From positions 1 to 64,000 of the IMG/VR virus record IMGVR_UViG_3300017964_000010: a DNA stretch of 64,000 nt; one strand, 5' to 3'. This document shows positions 9,801 to 21,300 of the stretch, one piece after another. How positions within the stretch are numbered: the first letter of the stretch is position 1; each line of letters begins with the position of its first letter. The notes under the pieces were generated by a model. The model saw only the letters and a program-made list of their open reading frames with translations, had not been told where the DNA came from and searched no databases. The DNA comes from a virus. The translations under genes were made by a program, and so were the position numbers.

Positions 9801-12800
9801 TGAGTCATAGTAGCTCTGAGATACGGAATATCTACAATATTCTGTACATAAGGAGCATCTATAATTCCTTCAACGTATGCATTGTTTACAACATCATCCG
9901 TAATATATTGACTAATTCTCTTTCCGTGTCTCCAGTAATCTCCAAAGACACCAACGTGAACATTTCCGTATATATCTACATCATATGCCGGATCTGCAGC
10001 AGCTTGACCGATGGCAACCTTACCGCCCATTATAGATAATGTATTGGGTTCATTTACTGTACCAGATACAGATGAAGATAGACCAATTCCAACTGAATTA
10101 TTGCCGTTAACAGTAATTCCGCTACCAATTGCAATTGATCTAAATGCAGAAGATATACTATTAGCACCAAATGCTAAACCACCATTTGATACTGTTAGAT
10201 TTTCACCAAACCCTAAACCGCCAGATGAAGCAGATATGTTATGGCCAAATGCCATTGGATCATCAGTACCTGTTGATCCATCTGTAGTATTACTGTAACC
10301 AAATGCGTAGCCAGTTCCGAGAGTTGTTGTATTGCCGCCACCATAAGCATAGCCGCCATTTGCTACAGTATTTCCTACACCATAAGCATAACCATTATCT
10401 ACAGAAGTGTTTCCGTACCCAAATAAGAAACCATTTCTAGTAATAATATTATTAGTACCAAATATATAACTTGTTCCACTCGGACCTGTAGAACCGGTAT
10501 TACCACTACCATAAATATTAACTTGTCCGTTATTGGTATTTAAATGCCCAAATATATTAACACCGGAATTGTTGGAGTTACTATTACCATAAATTCTAAC
10601 AGTACCTCGGGTATTGACTGCATTGGAAGGTGAATTATTAGTATTACCCCATCCAAAAACAGAAACACCGGCCCAGTAACCATTATGTCCGCTGTTATTT
10701 CTACCTACAAAAAGACCATTGTAGTTATTACTTCTATTATTATCACCAACAATTACTAAGCCACCATAATAACCGTTTCCATTATTACTACCGCCTATAA
10801 GTATACTTCTTGGTCCCGCATTATTACTTGCACCAATAGCAACACCGCCACCGTATGCAGCTGCAGTATTACCAGAACCAATAGCAACACCGCCCCAGTT
10901 GGTAGAATTGCTTCTACCTATACTGGTACCACTTTGGGTTGCATCTGATGTTGTACCAATTGAAACACCACTTAGATTAGATGATACTGATGAACCAATT
11001 GATTTACCACTATTAGATGAAGTATTACTAACACCAATTGAAACACCGCTAGTGTTTGCAGTCAAAGATGTACCAATTGCAACACCACCATTTGATGAAG
11101 ATGCTACTGTACCTATAGAAGTTGAACTATAGGAAGTTGCTGATCTACCAATTGAAACACCACTTAGGTTAGATGGTGATAATCTACCAATTGAAACACC
11201 ACTATTACTTGCACGTTGATCAAGTCCTATAGAAACTGATGCAGTGGTTGTTGTTGAAGATACATCTTTACCAATTGAAACACCGCTATTACTGGTTATT
11301 GATTTACCAATTGCAACAGCATTTGCAAAGTTGTTATTTACAATATTTTCACCAATTGAAACCGACCCTGCAAAGTTCTGGTTGTGGTATATGTTAGCAC
11401 CAATACCAACACCATCTTGAGATGGGTTATCAATCGTATTACCAATTGCAACAGCATTAGTTCTAGGTAATATTGCATTTCCGGCTTTTACATCATAACC
11501 AAGGGCTAAAGAATAATCTGTAGCTAATGTATTATAACCTATACCAACCGATGCTCTTCCAACTTCAGTATCATCCCAAGTTACGGTTGTTCCATCTACT
11601 GCACCAACTCTAAATGCTCCCCTTTGGGGTATCCACATCATCCGAGCACCGGCATTAGTTCCATATCTAGGATTAATTGTAAAATCTGGAATTACATTTG
11701 GTGTTGTTATAGCAACTCCAGCACTATCCCAATCACCATGATAGAAAATTGCATTACCACTCTTTACAAAGAATTTAGTATCACTATCACCAAGGACCAT
11801 ATCCTGTGGTTCACCAATAACAACTGCACCACCAGCATCATAATATATTTGTTGATTACCGACAGCATCATTATTATAACTCCAAACACTTTGAAGTCTA
11901 TTACCGATATAATTTGAATCAACAATTCTTTCTATATTTGAATCAAAAGATAAACCACCAGGACCATAATACATTGTAACATTTGAATCAAAGGTAAATG
12001 ATCCGACTGTTGCATTAACTGAAACGGGACCTGTAAAACTAGTTGAACTTGAAATTAGATTATTAGCCGTTAGAGTATCAACTGTGGTATGATATCCATT
12101 ATTAACAGTTACATTACCATTAAATGTTGCTGGGCCAAGTAGTGAAAGAGAAGTTGTTACTTTAGGTGATTTATCATCAATTCTAAATATATCATTTAGT
12201 GCTACTGAAGTTGCATCATCTGTAAATGATACAGTATTTGCATCAATAATACTAAATGTGCCACCATATCCAGATTTTGGATTTTGTAAAGAGTCTAGGA
12301 GACCTCCTGCACTATAAACGGTGTTAATATTAAGATTATCACCATTTATATCAAGACCCGTAAATGTAATTGTAGTAGGAAGTGTTCTAAGATTTACATT
12401 TAAAGATAGATCAGCCGAATCAACAGCATCTTCATAAACTCTAAAGGAATTTGGATTTGCAAAGAAGTAATCGGAAGATGAAAGAACCTGTGAATCACCT
12501 AAACTATCAATTCTATATACTTCGACAAATCTCTGTTCTGGAGGTGTTGGAAAATAGAAAGCTTCAAATTCAGAATCAGTATTTACATTAAGAGCTGCTA
12601 TCAAAGCTCCTTGACTTAATGTATTTAAATTATTAGATAATAATGAAGAAGTTATCTGGAAGAAATAATCGCTATCAACTGTAACTTGTGTTCCAGAAAT
12701 ATTAACTGGACCGCCGGTTACTGTTAGTCCGCTATCAAATCTTCCAACACCAGCAACGTGAAATTTAGTTACTGGCTGATCTGTTCCAATACCAACATTT

Positions 12801-15800
12801 ACATTTCTAACATTTGGATAAGTGCCAAAGAATAGTGTGTTATCTCTCCTTTGCCATTCAGAACTATCATTAGCTGCAGAAAGAATATATGAACTATCAA
12901 CAATTGATTTTATATAAGCTTCATCAATAAACGATGCAAGTGTAGCTGCATTTAAAACAACTCTTGAACTAACATAAGCATTATCTATTATTGATGCAAG
13001 ATAATCTTCTGTCGGCCATTGTCTAACTTGACCTAGACTATTTCTTATGCTTATAGGGCTATTGCCGGCATTGTCGTCCAAGTAATCATTAGCATCTTCA
13101 ATAAGAATTGGTGCTTTACCTATATTTCTTACAGACAGAGCTAAAGTATGATCTGCTAATAAAGTAGGTGTTAATTCAGAAGGTTGAAGACCACCTAGTA
13201 ATGATTTTACACTACCTGAAGGTTTATAGTAAAGAGCATCTGGATGTGCTTGCCAGAATGCATCATTAGAAACTCTTGCTTGGACATAATCAGTATCCAA
13301 GAAATCTATCATTGTAGGTATTACTAAGTTGCCTGGACGGATAACGTGACTATCAAATGATAGACCACCAATAGTAATAGCACTTCCGCCTAATGTAAAT
13401 GCTCCTCCAACGGTAATACCTTGTGAATCAAATCTAAAGTTTTTGTTACCAGCTGTACTTGTAAAGGCTAAATCACCACTAAATGTAACACCTTGTGAAT
13501 CAACTCTTAAGTTTGTACCATCACCTCCGACAAAAAGATCACCAAGGACATTTAAATTCGGACTAAGAACTCTTGGTGGTGTATATGGCACAGAAAGAAC
13601 ATCACCAGCATCACCAAAATCAAATCCATCAATTATTGTTATATTACTATCAATCAGACCTCCTGATATAACTGGAGGACCACCATGAGAATCTCTGCGA
13701 AGAGCAAACTGGAATGAATCAATTGGATCAGCAAAGTAGAAAATTGTATCTAAATTATTTCCTGCATTTGTTGTTAATTCGGTTAAAGGAATATTAGAAA
13801 GTTGTATGGCTTTGGTTAAATCTGGATCAAAAGTACGAACAGGATGACCTGTGTTTTTAACATATAATTCGTGATCATAAGGTACTTTAATTCTTACTGC
13901 ATTAGTAATAGCACCAATAGTATGATCAAACTGAATTGAATCAATTCCTGTGCCTATTATAGATCCAGTTCCAAATCCTGGTCCGACTGATGTAGTACTA
14001 CCAAACCCAAGATAATCTTGAATTGTTTTTGGTCCAAAGTATATCGTTGCTCCGCTATCAACTCTTATTGAACCAGCGACATCAAGAGCATAATCAGCAT
14101 TATTTTTACCTATTGCAACTTTAGTATTGTCGAGAGAACTATCATTAGCTGCAGAAGTATTTAATATAATATGATCAGATTTATTATTAGCTGTTACATT
14201 TCTACCAATTATAAATGTATTTGTAGTATTACCTTTTATAAGGTTATCTTCACCAAGTATAAAGTTATTAGAACCAGTAGCTATACTATCAAGAATATTA
14301 TTCGTACCTATAAATGTAGTGTAACTTCCTTTCAAACTTGTGAATGATAAATCACCGCCGCGGCTAATATTATTTTCATTACCAATAGCTGTACTATAAA
14401 GACCAGATACGGCGTTATTTCTTCCTAATGCAATAGATCCAAAACCTAGTTTTTCATTTGATAATTGATTATCAAAATCCGAGAATCTACCAACTCTAAA
14501 TAATTCTAATTTTGGCTGATATGTTAAAAGATTAACATCACCGGCAATAAATGGAATTGAATCCATTAGTTGTGCATCTGTAACGGTAAATGTGCCGTCT
14601 GTAATACCACTTACAGCAAAACCTTCTTGTGCTAAAATATCAAGATCATAAGTAGCAATTTTATTAATTCCAAGAGGTTTAGGAACATTTGTAGAATCTA
14701 CAACGGCATATCTAACAGCTTCACCTTCATCTACAAATGGTGTTGTACTTTGATAGACACCAGGAGCCCCTTCTTGCAAAAGTTCTCCTGCTAATATGAT
14801 ATTGCCTTTTACATAAAGGTTTCCGTCATAATTATTAAATTTATCACCAGAATCACCAATAATTACGTTACCATAATTAATAGCTAAAATTCTTTCTGAG
14901 TGAACATTCATAGGAACATTAGATAGGTTGATACCTATGGCATTATCTGCACTAGAATCTATTCTAATATTTCTACCAATACCAGTAGCATTATCACCAT
15001 GTATTCTAATGTCCGTACCAAGTGCTACACCAAGATTTGCATCTATAAAGTTATTATCTCCAAATGCATAGGAAGGTGAACCTTTTAATATATTTGCGCT
15101 GCCTACAGCATAAGCACCACCACCAGTTATGGTATTATAGGTACCTATTGCATAAGAACCAGAGGCAGCTGTTGCACTTGCAGTTGTTCCAATAGTATTA
15201 TTGTAACCGAATACACCAGCTAAATTACCATTTACATTATTTTCAGTACCAATACCTATGACACTAGTACCATATAAATGATTTTCTTTACCAATACCAA
15301 TTGCAAATTGTGTACTACCAATAGGGACAGATGAATCGACTGTAACATCAGTACCTATTAATATAGTACCCGTATTATTTGCCCTAGTTTTAGTTCTTCT
15401 GCCTAAAGCTATAGAATAATCCGCTTCAGCTTCTGTTAAAGAACCTATAGCTAGTGATGCTAAACCTTTTGCTCTAGTTGCTTCACCAAATGCGGTAGAA
15501 AATAATCCAATATTACCTTGAATATAATCTCCAGAGGGCCCACCTCTAAAGTAGCCGCCTCTTGTAGCACCTTTTGATGTAATATATGTAAATCTTGATC
15601 CATTACTATCATCCATATAAGAAGCCATTGGACCAGCAAGAGTATTGAGAGCATAAACAATACCTGTAGAATCAATTTGGCCTCTTACAGATATATCTCC
15701 AATAACGTCCAATTTATATTTTGGAGTATCCGTTCCAATTGCAACTCTACCATAAGATTGTAAAGATATTGCATATGGATCAGTAATATCAGATAAAGGA

Positions 15801-18337
15801 ATATTATAAGCAGCATCTGCAGTTGGTTCATTTTTTATAAAAATACCACCACCGGTAAAGATAGAACCATCTTTATAAATATTTCCAGTGAAGTTTATAG
15901 AACCGTCTTTTCTTACTTCAAAAAGTGTACTATCATAACGAGCTAAAACTTCAATAACATTAAATGAGTCAGAGTTCGGAGCATTTTTTGCTAGTGAAGA
16001 TTTAAAGATATTTTCATGTGCAGTAGATACCAATTTAGCAGAATCAGTAAATATTTCTAAACCATAAAAGTCTCTTGGTGCAGAAATATTAGACGGTAGT
16101 GTCCAAGTTGATGGAGCATAATATGTGCCAAACTGTGCAGTTGTAAATCTACCTAATTGAATATCGCCGGTAGCAATAATTTTACCGGTATTATCATCAA
16201 CATTAAATCTATAGTATCCTGAATCATATAATTTTTGAAAGGATGTTGCAAAACCGTCATTAGTGATAATACTACTAACATGATTACCGTATTTAAGACC
16301 TTCGGTAAATCCAATTGAATCATTATCACCTGAAGTTAAAATATAACCTGGATATAAAGATGTTAGTTTTACATCTCTTGCAACCAAGTCTTTTTCTACA
16401 GTAACTTGACCATTACTAAGATCAAAACTTAAAGAAGAATCAGAAGTTAAAGTGCCGTTATTATCTATTATTGCAACTGTATTTGGTTTAAAATTACCAA
16501 ATGCACCAGTTAATTTGCCAGTAATATGTAAATTACCTATGGTTGCAGAGTCAATAGTAATTGCTGCTATTTTTGCTGAATCTGCATAAAAGTGTTTAAA
16601 ATTTCCTGAATCAATTCTAAGTACACTTATATCTGCTGAATCTGCATCTAAATATGGAGTAATAATTCCAGATCCAGAAACAGTTAAATTGCCAGATCTT
16701 AAAACATTAATATCAGCAGAATCTATATTAGCATAATTAGATGTTAACTTATTTGTAGTAATACTATCTGCCTGTATTCCAGAAAGATAAATATTTCTCC
16801 ATCTCTGATCTGAACTACCAATATCAAATGCAAGGCTTGTATTAGGTATTAAGTGAGAATTAATATCACCACTAAAAACTATATTATCTTCGTTGCTGTC
16901 ACCAAGATAAATATTACCGCCTGTTGCTGATTTTATTGTAGCATTACCGGATACGGTAAGGTCTCCACCTACGGAAAGATTGCCTTTTATATGAGCACTA
17001 TCTACAGTAAGACCACTAATTCTTGCTAAATTGATGTCTGCTGAATCAATATCTGCATACTCTATACCAGCGCTATCTATGGTTGCTCTTGTAATATCAG
17101 CATAAATAGAAGTAAGATCCGTTATAATACCACTATCTGCATATATTGCAGGAACATCTATATCTTTATTAAATACCCATCTATCAGGTGTAGCTTCATA
17201 AGTTATTTTAGCGTTGGCTGCAAATACTGTAATACCGGCACCATCTGCTTGACTTGAATCTTGAGCAGAGTCTGCAAGAACAATATTTTTATCATTAACG
17301 GTAACTGTAGTTGAGTTTACTATTGTCTCAGTACCATCAACCTGTAAATCGCCTTTAATAATAACTTTACCAGTATTATCTCCTACAGCAGCAGGATCTA
17401 TAACAAAGATTTGAGGCCCATTTATTTGACCAGTGATATTTAAAATATCAATTTGTGCAGAATCAATATAAGCATGTTTAATATCTGCTGAATCAATATA
17501 AGCTGTAATAATTCTTGTTAAATCTACATCAGAAGAATCTATATCTGCATAATTGATTCTAGCAAGAGTAATATCAGCTGAATCAATGTCTGTATGATCT
17601 ATATCTGCATATCTAATATAAGCAGAATCAATTTCCGCATTGGTAATTCTAGCAAGAGTAATATCTGCTGAATCAATAATTGCGTGTAAAATATCTGCAC
17701 TATCAATATAAGCAGTAATAATATCTGCCATAATAATATCTGCTGAATCAATATAAGCATGACCAATATCTGCAGAATCAGCATAAAGAGCAGTAAATCT
17801 ATTTCCTAGTTTACCAATATATCTTGCACCAACAATAAATATTTCATTTCCATCAAGCCCGGCTGGAAGATTATCACCAATAAAGTTAAGTACACCAGAT
17901 TGATAATCAAAGAAAAATTCATCATTATTACCAGAACCAGCAGCAAATATTCTAGTCCCAGAAGTTTGTGGATCCGTTGTACCAGAAGGTGCAATATAAA
18001 CTTTTACAGCATAAGTGGAACCAAATTGCGGAGGAATCCAATTAGTTAAATTTGTTTTCCAAGTTCTATTAGGGGTTGCAGTAGTATCTTTTACTGCTTC
18101 TATTGAAGAAGATCCATTTCCGCTATCATCATAAATTTCAATAATGCCAATACTTAAACTAGGTAGTATATTAGGTATTTGATAAGCATCAGTCCATAAA
18201 TTATTTCCGTCCAAAAGTAAAGGACTTGCAATTGCTTCGTTTGTAGCAGTTTTAATTGAATTGATATCTGTCTTTGTTGCTCCGTAACCAAGCTTTTTCC
18301 AAAGAAAGTCTATCTTTTGATTGTCACTTATTGACAT
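6866..18337 (-). CDS. Giant (3823 aa) tail fibre/adhesin with YadA-head-like repeats and Asp-Ser repeats
   Basis: Uninterrupted 11.5-kb ORF with (A/S)V(A/S)IG and xFG repeats, VGIGTxxP fibre motifs, GNLTVNGTQT motifs, and IDSADI and ADSDYIK repeats. Confidence 0.8.
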   Translation of the reverse strand: MSISDNQKIDFLWKKLGYGATKTDINSIKTATNEAIASPLLLDGNNLWTDAYQIPNILPSLSIGIIEIYDDSGNGSSSIEAVKDTTATPNRTWKTNLTNWIPPQFGSTYAVKVYIAPSGTTDPQTSGTRIFAAGSGNNDEFFFDYQSGVLNFIGDNLPAGLDGNEIFIVGARYIGKLGNRFTALYADSADIGHAYIDSADIIMADIITAYIDSADILHAIIDSADITLARITNAEIDSAYIRYADIDHTDIDSADITLARINYADIDSSDVDLTRIITAYIDSADIKHAYIDSAQIDILNITGQINGPQIFVIDPAAVGDNTGKVIIKGDLQVDGTETIVNSTTVTVNDKNIVLADSAQDSSQADGAGITVFAANAKITYEATPDRWVFNKDIDVPAIYADSGIITDLTSIYADITRATIDSAGIEYADIDSADINLARISGLTVDSAHIKGNLSVGGDLTVSGNATIKSATGGNIYLGDSNEDNIVFSGDINSHLIPNTSLAFDIGSSDQRWRNIYLSGIQADSITTNKLTSNYANIDSADINVLRSGNLTVSGSGIITPYLDADSADISVLRIDSGNFKHFYADSAKIAAITIDSATIGNLHITGKLTGAFGNFKPNTVAIIDNNGTLTSDSSLSFDLSNGQVTVEKDLVARDVKLTSLYPGYILTSGDNDSIGFTEGLKYGNHVSSIITNDGFATSFQKLYDSGYYRFNVDDNTGKIIATGDIQLGRFTTAQFGTYYAPSTWTLPSNISAPRDFYGLEIFTDSAKLVSTAHENIFKSSLAKNAPNSDSFNVIEVLARYDSTLFEVRKDGSINFTGNIYKDGSIFTGGGIFIKNEPTADAAYNIPLSDITDPYAISLQSYGRVAIGTDTPKYKLDVIGDISVRGQIDSTGIVYALNTLAGPMASYMDDSNGSRFTYITSKGATRGGYFRGGPSGDYIQGNIGLFSTAFGEATRAKGLASLAIGSLTEAEADYSIALGRRTKTRANNTGTILIGTDVTVDSSVPIGSTQFAIGIGKENHLYGTSVIGIGTENNVNGNLAGVFGYNNTIGTTASATAASGSYAIGTYNTITGGGAYAVGSANILKGSPSYAFGDNNFIDANLGVALGTDIRIHGDNATGIGRNIRIDSSADNAIGINLSNVPMNVHSERILAINYGNVIIGDSGDKFNNYDGNLYVKGNIILAGELLQEGAPGVYQSTTPFVDEGEAVRYAVVDSTNVPKPLGINKIATYDLDILAQEGFAVSGITDGTFTVTDAQLMDSIPFIAGDVNLLTYQPKLELFRVGRFSDFDNQLSNEKLGFGSIALGRNNAVSGLYSTAIGNENNISRGGDLSFTSLKGSYTTFIGTNNILDSIATGSNNFILGEDNLIKGNTTNTFIIGRNVTANNKSDHIILNTSAANDSSLDNTKVAIGKNNADYALDVAGSIRVDSGATIYFGPKTIQDYLGFGSTTSVGPGFGTGSIIGTGIDSIQFDHTIGAITNAVRIKVPYDHELYVKNTGHPVRTFDPDLTKAIQLSNIPLTELTTNAGNNLDTIFYFADPIDSFQFALRRDSHGGPPVISGGLIDSNITIIDGFDFGDAGDVLSVPYTPPRVLSPNLNVLGDLFVGGDGTNLRVDSQGVTFSGDLAFTSTAGNKNFRFDSQGITVGGAFTLGGSAITIGGLSFDSHVIRPGNLVIPTMIDFLDTDYVQARVSNDAFWQAHPDALYYKPSGSVKSLLGGLQPSELTPTLLADHTLALSVRNIGKAPILIEDANDYLDDNAGNSPISIRNSLGQVRQWPTEDYLASIIDNAYVSSRVVLNAATLASFIDEAYIKSIVDSSYILSAANDSSEWQRRDNTLFFGTYPNVRNVNVGIGTDQPVTKFHVAGVGRFDSGLTVTGGPVNISGTQVTVDSDYFFQITSSLLSNNLNTLSQGALIAALNVNTDSEFEAFYFPTPPEQRFVEVYRIDSLGDSQVLSSSDYFFANPNSFRVYEDAVDSADLSLNVNLRTLPTTITFTGLDINGDNLNINTVYSAGGLLDSLQNPKSGYGGTFSIIDANTVSFTDDATSVALNDIFRIDDKSPKVTTSLSLLGPATFNGNVTVNNGYHTTVDTLTANNLISSSTSFTGPVSVNATVGSFTFDSNVTMYYGPGGLSFDSNIERIVDSNYIGNRLQSVWSYNNDAVGNQQIYYDAGGAVVIGEPQDMVLGDSDTKFFVKSGNAIFYHGDWDSAGVAITTPNVIPDFTINPRYGTNAGARMMWIPQRGAFRVGAVDGTTVTWDDTEVGRASVGIGYNTLATDYSLALGYDVKAGNAILPRTNAVAIGNTIDNPSQDGVGIGANIYHNQNFAGSVSIGENIVNNNFANAVAIGKSITSNSGVSIGKDVSSTTTTASVSIGLDQRASNSGVSIGRLSPSNLSGVSIGRSATSYSSTSIGTVASSSNGGVAIGTSLTANTSGVSIGVSNTSSNSGKSIGSSVSSNLSGVSIGTTSDATQSGTSIGRSNSTNWGGVAIGSGNTAAAYGGGVAIGASNNAGPRSILIGGSNNGNGYYGGLVIVGDNNRSNNYNGLFVGRNNSGHNGYWAGVSVFGWGNTNNSPSNAVNTRGTVRIYGNSNSNNSGVNIFGHLNTNNGQVNIYGSGNTGSTGPSGTSYIFGTNNIITRNGFLFGYGNTSVDNGYAYGVGNTVANGGYAYGGGNTTTLGTGYAFGYSNTTDGSTGTDDPMAFGHNISASSGGLGFGENLTVSNGGLAFGANSISSAFRSIAIGSGITVNGNNSVGIGLSSSVSGTVNEPNTLSIMGGKVAIGQAAADPAYDVDIYGNVHVGVFGDYWRHGKRISQYITDDVVNNAYVEGIIDAPYVQNIVDIPYLRATMTHPFFFYSDPISNDLYTTISGGIGIGRQPINSSKYKLDVDGSINYTGKLYLNGDLLIPSEDSLGDVYIEHHENQYFIGPDSAEEYFDSAYVTARQQMFGFTAGQTYLTVIDEGYINSRLDDTLFLDSAEAQVMIDRALGDGVAFGFDIIGRSSLTATPAGGTPSVGIGVTADIPGFGNMLKVGGTTEIQGNLNISNNGQLQFNGVPFSPTTVFTEDFAYIYYNGSKNVGIGTTVPAVDFDVNGTFNATEIQLNGADILGIFDSDFVRDRQILIDSNLTTQLINTDYIRAAADSDYIKTAITPDFLKNIVDSDYVKSIADSDYIKLVADSDYIKTAANQSWIRFNADSDYIKTAADSDYIKTAANRSWIRFNADSDYIKTAANQSWIRFNADSDYIKTAANRSWIRFNADSDYIKSVADSAYIKNIVDSSYTQLLTGIGIRDVDFGPHKILYRNSYSNISSLPTASSHKGMFAVINTDNKPYVSTGSAWNRIILNGDSVEFSDLVVSGNLTVNGTQTILNTQTLGIDDPMIHLGKNNELSDAVDIGFIGHYSPDGGTTKEHTGFFRDATNSEYYIFNGLDDAALDDSDPTATINRNGTGFTLAALNVGSISGKYLGFDSDFNSKTTDDLTEGLTNLYYTTVRANADFDLRLATKTTDDLLEGSNLYYTDDRVSTLVDSAYVLARSPQFDYISIIDSAYVQARVVPQGVDSDAVEAMVDSAYILARSPQFDYINIIDSAYINARISTVDSAQVLAIIDSSYITSIIDSDYILSITGSGGGSGSGSGGGSLVGYSFVAIAGQTVFSGSDIEGGILSYDVTTATIVTANGITLTKGVDYTHTDSSSLTFFEARDSGDEISIFTTKAAADAGSSGSTGTTTTSVTASTATIFDRTIHSNNFKSIEYTVHMEDSSLGHTQITKLLATYNKSQVFSTQYGTVSTFANDSDLGIIDVVENGGQIQLKLIKASGTGTVKVVSNKTVVN
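8518..8945 (-). repeat. Intragenic tandem array of 27-bp (ADSDYIKxx) and 54-bp (ADSDYIKTAAN(Q/R)SWIRFN) units
   Basis: Four copies of AAN(Q/R)SWIRFN interleaved with about ten (A/V)DSDY(I/V)K units. Confidence 0.9.
17455..17782 (-). repeat. Degenerate 5-aa-period repeat (IDSADI...) near the N-terminus of the giant fibre
   Basis: Nine DS units spaced 10 or 15 aa apart with hydrophobic residues every 5 aa. Confidence 0.8.
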
Positions 18338-18346
18338 ATTCGATCC

Positions 18347-21300
18347 TTATGAAATACTCAAAGCTGTTATTGACTGATTAGTAGACAGAGCAATTCTAAC
18401 TAACCCTACATTTCCAGTAGCGTTTGTTAAATTTTCTTCACCGAGTGTCATTAAATAAGATCCGCTTAAAGCAGTATTTGCAATTATTCTATCATTACCT
18501 GTTTTAGCACAACCATTACTTCCATTACCACCATTGGAAATATTAGCACCAGGAACACCACCATCATTTGCTTGGATAGAACAGTCTAACCACCCATTTA
18601 TAGTACTTGTATTATCTATTGTAGATCCCGGTGCAGCTATAAAAATTCCTTCAACTCCTGTTGTACTTGTTATATTAATATTAAAGTTTGCTACAACTGT
18701 CCTTCTAAATGCAAATGTAAAATACTGAATTCCCGTGTCCCCAGATCTATTAGGTCCTGCCGGTAAATATGAACCGTTACTATAATCAGTTAAATTATGT
18801 TCTATTACTCCATAATTTACTGTAGCTTCTTGTGTGCCTTCTACTCCCGGATCTGCTGTTTCAGTATAAACATTATTAGTATAAAAATTAGTTGAACTTG
18901 TATAACTAGGAGTATTTATAACTTCAGAATTGAAGTCAAAAATGCGTACTCCATCATCATCAAATCCAAATCCTAGATTATCGTCTACTTCAATAGCTAT
19001 TTCACTAATAGGTGTTTGATCAGCATTATGTACTAATATATTTTCCGATAGTTCATGATATGAACCCCAACCATTTGGGTTTCTTGCTCTTACTTTTAGT
19101 TTTTGCATTGCTCTAGCTGAAGTAGTGCTTGTTATAATAACCGACATACTACCTAAAGCATAAGGAGAAGGAATACCAGTATTTGCAATTGGTATACCAT
19201 TTGATAAAAATGTTGAAACACCATCTATTTGATCATACCTATAATTCTGATCTGAAATTACATTTCCTGTTCCTTCTAAACGTGTTGCAGAAGAAACTTG
19301 AAAAGGACTATTTGTTTGTTGATAAGTTTGGCCAATAAAATCTGAAATATTTAAACCAGAAACATTTAAAGTTGCTCCTGTTGTATAATGTGGAACTCCA
19401 CTTATGTATTTGTAAGTTCCAGATACATTTTCTGAAATTGTTCCAGTAGTTAAAGATGGTGTAGTATTATTATTATCTTTAACAAAATATACAGTATTTG
19501 TAGAACCAGTTTGAGAATGAGAAATGCTATAACTATTTAAACCAACAGGCAATAATGTTACATTTTTAGAAATCTTTGCTTTAAATCCCTGATATAAATT
19601 TGGATGATAAATGCTAGTATCAAAGGAAGTTGGTGCACCTGTTGCATCAAATAAATTATAATCTACATTATCTGAAACAATTAAGCTATTATAAGTTCCG
19701 TTCTGATTTGCTGATGTAAATGTAACCGAACCATCTATTGAATTATTAATATTAGAAACTAAAACTCCAGAATTTCCACTATAAGCAATACCAGAAGATG
19801 TGACTGATGTTTCTACATTTCCAGAAGATTGTGTAACTCTATCAACATCTTGACTAGAAGTTGGTCCTCCACCAGTAGTATTATCTGTAAATCCTACAGC
19901 AAGTTTAGGACTGTCGCCTATACTATTATTAAATGATATAGTTTTTGTATTTAAACCTTGAGGTGCCGAAATATTAGGATTATAAACTTTTAATTCAGTT
20001 GTACCAGATTCTGGTATTAAAGTTGGATCGGCGGTAGTATGTGTTACTATAGTAAGAGTTAGTGTATCTTTTCCTGTTCCAGTATTGCTCCCGACTGGCC
20101 AAGTATGAACTAATCTTATTCCAGAAGCACCACCAGCACCAGTATTATCTAAGATATTATCTATAGGTGTGCCGTCTCCCCAGTCCATGGTATATTCTAC
20201 AGTCGCTGGTCCATTTTTATCTGCTACATTTGTATTTGTTGATAAATTTGAAAGCCATAAATTTTGACCTTCAATAACATATAAATCATTACCTGTTAGT
20301 ACAGGTGAAGAAATATCTTCTAGCCTATGAAGAGTAAATTGAGCAACAGGATCGGGAGTATATATTGTAATATAATCAACATTCGTTCTAAATGCTTCAC
20401 TTCCAGTTCCAACACCATCTGTATGCCAAGCCCTAACTTTTACACTAGCCGGACTAGATAAAGGATCTAAATATTGATGAGTTGGGTTTACTGCTGTTAC
20501 TGCTGAATCAATAGTACCATCACCCCAATCAATATCGTATCTATTTGGTGTACCATCATTATCTATAGTAAGTGTTGCTATAAAACCTGCACCTGCTGCA
20601 GTAGGAGATGCAGTAAAAGTAAGATCCCTACAAAAAGCATTATTTCTTACATTATTAATTGCTTCATTTAAACCATCAAGAACATCTGTTACTCTATCAC
20701 TATCAACAAAGTGCATATAAGCACCATCTTTCCAGAGCCCATCTAAAGGTATACCAGCTTTAACATTATCTGTATATGTTTTTGTAACAAGAGACTGTGA
20801 ACTATCTGGAATATAATCTACAGATGCTACTAATTGTCCAGAATCTGTAATTGATAATCTTTTTGTGCCCGCAGTATAAAATTGTAATGTATCATTATCT
20901 GTGCCAGGAGAAAGTTCTGCAATAATATATGTATCTTGATCTACATCTTTTACACCGCCAAGACCACTCCATACATTTCCGTCGTATCCTTCAAATGAAG
21001 TATCTTCGGTATTAAATCTTATTGATCCAATTACATCATCTGGTCTTTCAGATGTGGTACCTGTTGGAATAACAAGTTCATTATTAATTCTGAGATAATC
21101 AAGATCCCGACTATCTCCAGTTAATAAAAGTTTTAAAGATTGATTAATACCAGCGGAATCTGGCACTAAAGAAGTTATAAATTCTCCACCAATTTTTGCA
21201 ATTCGTGGTGCAGTACCTGATGAATCAATTGGATTACCGACACCAATAAAAAGCGCTCTTGAAGAATCTAAAGAAGAATAAGCCAATTCACCGGTTTTAA

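Noticed and set aside
3392-18337. Abundant GA(A/G)TC pentamers as a DNA-level GANTC methylation array
   Set aside because: They are in one reading phase as Asp-Ser codons, and many DS use GAT-AGY, which is not GANTC. The signal is proteinaceous.
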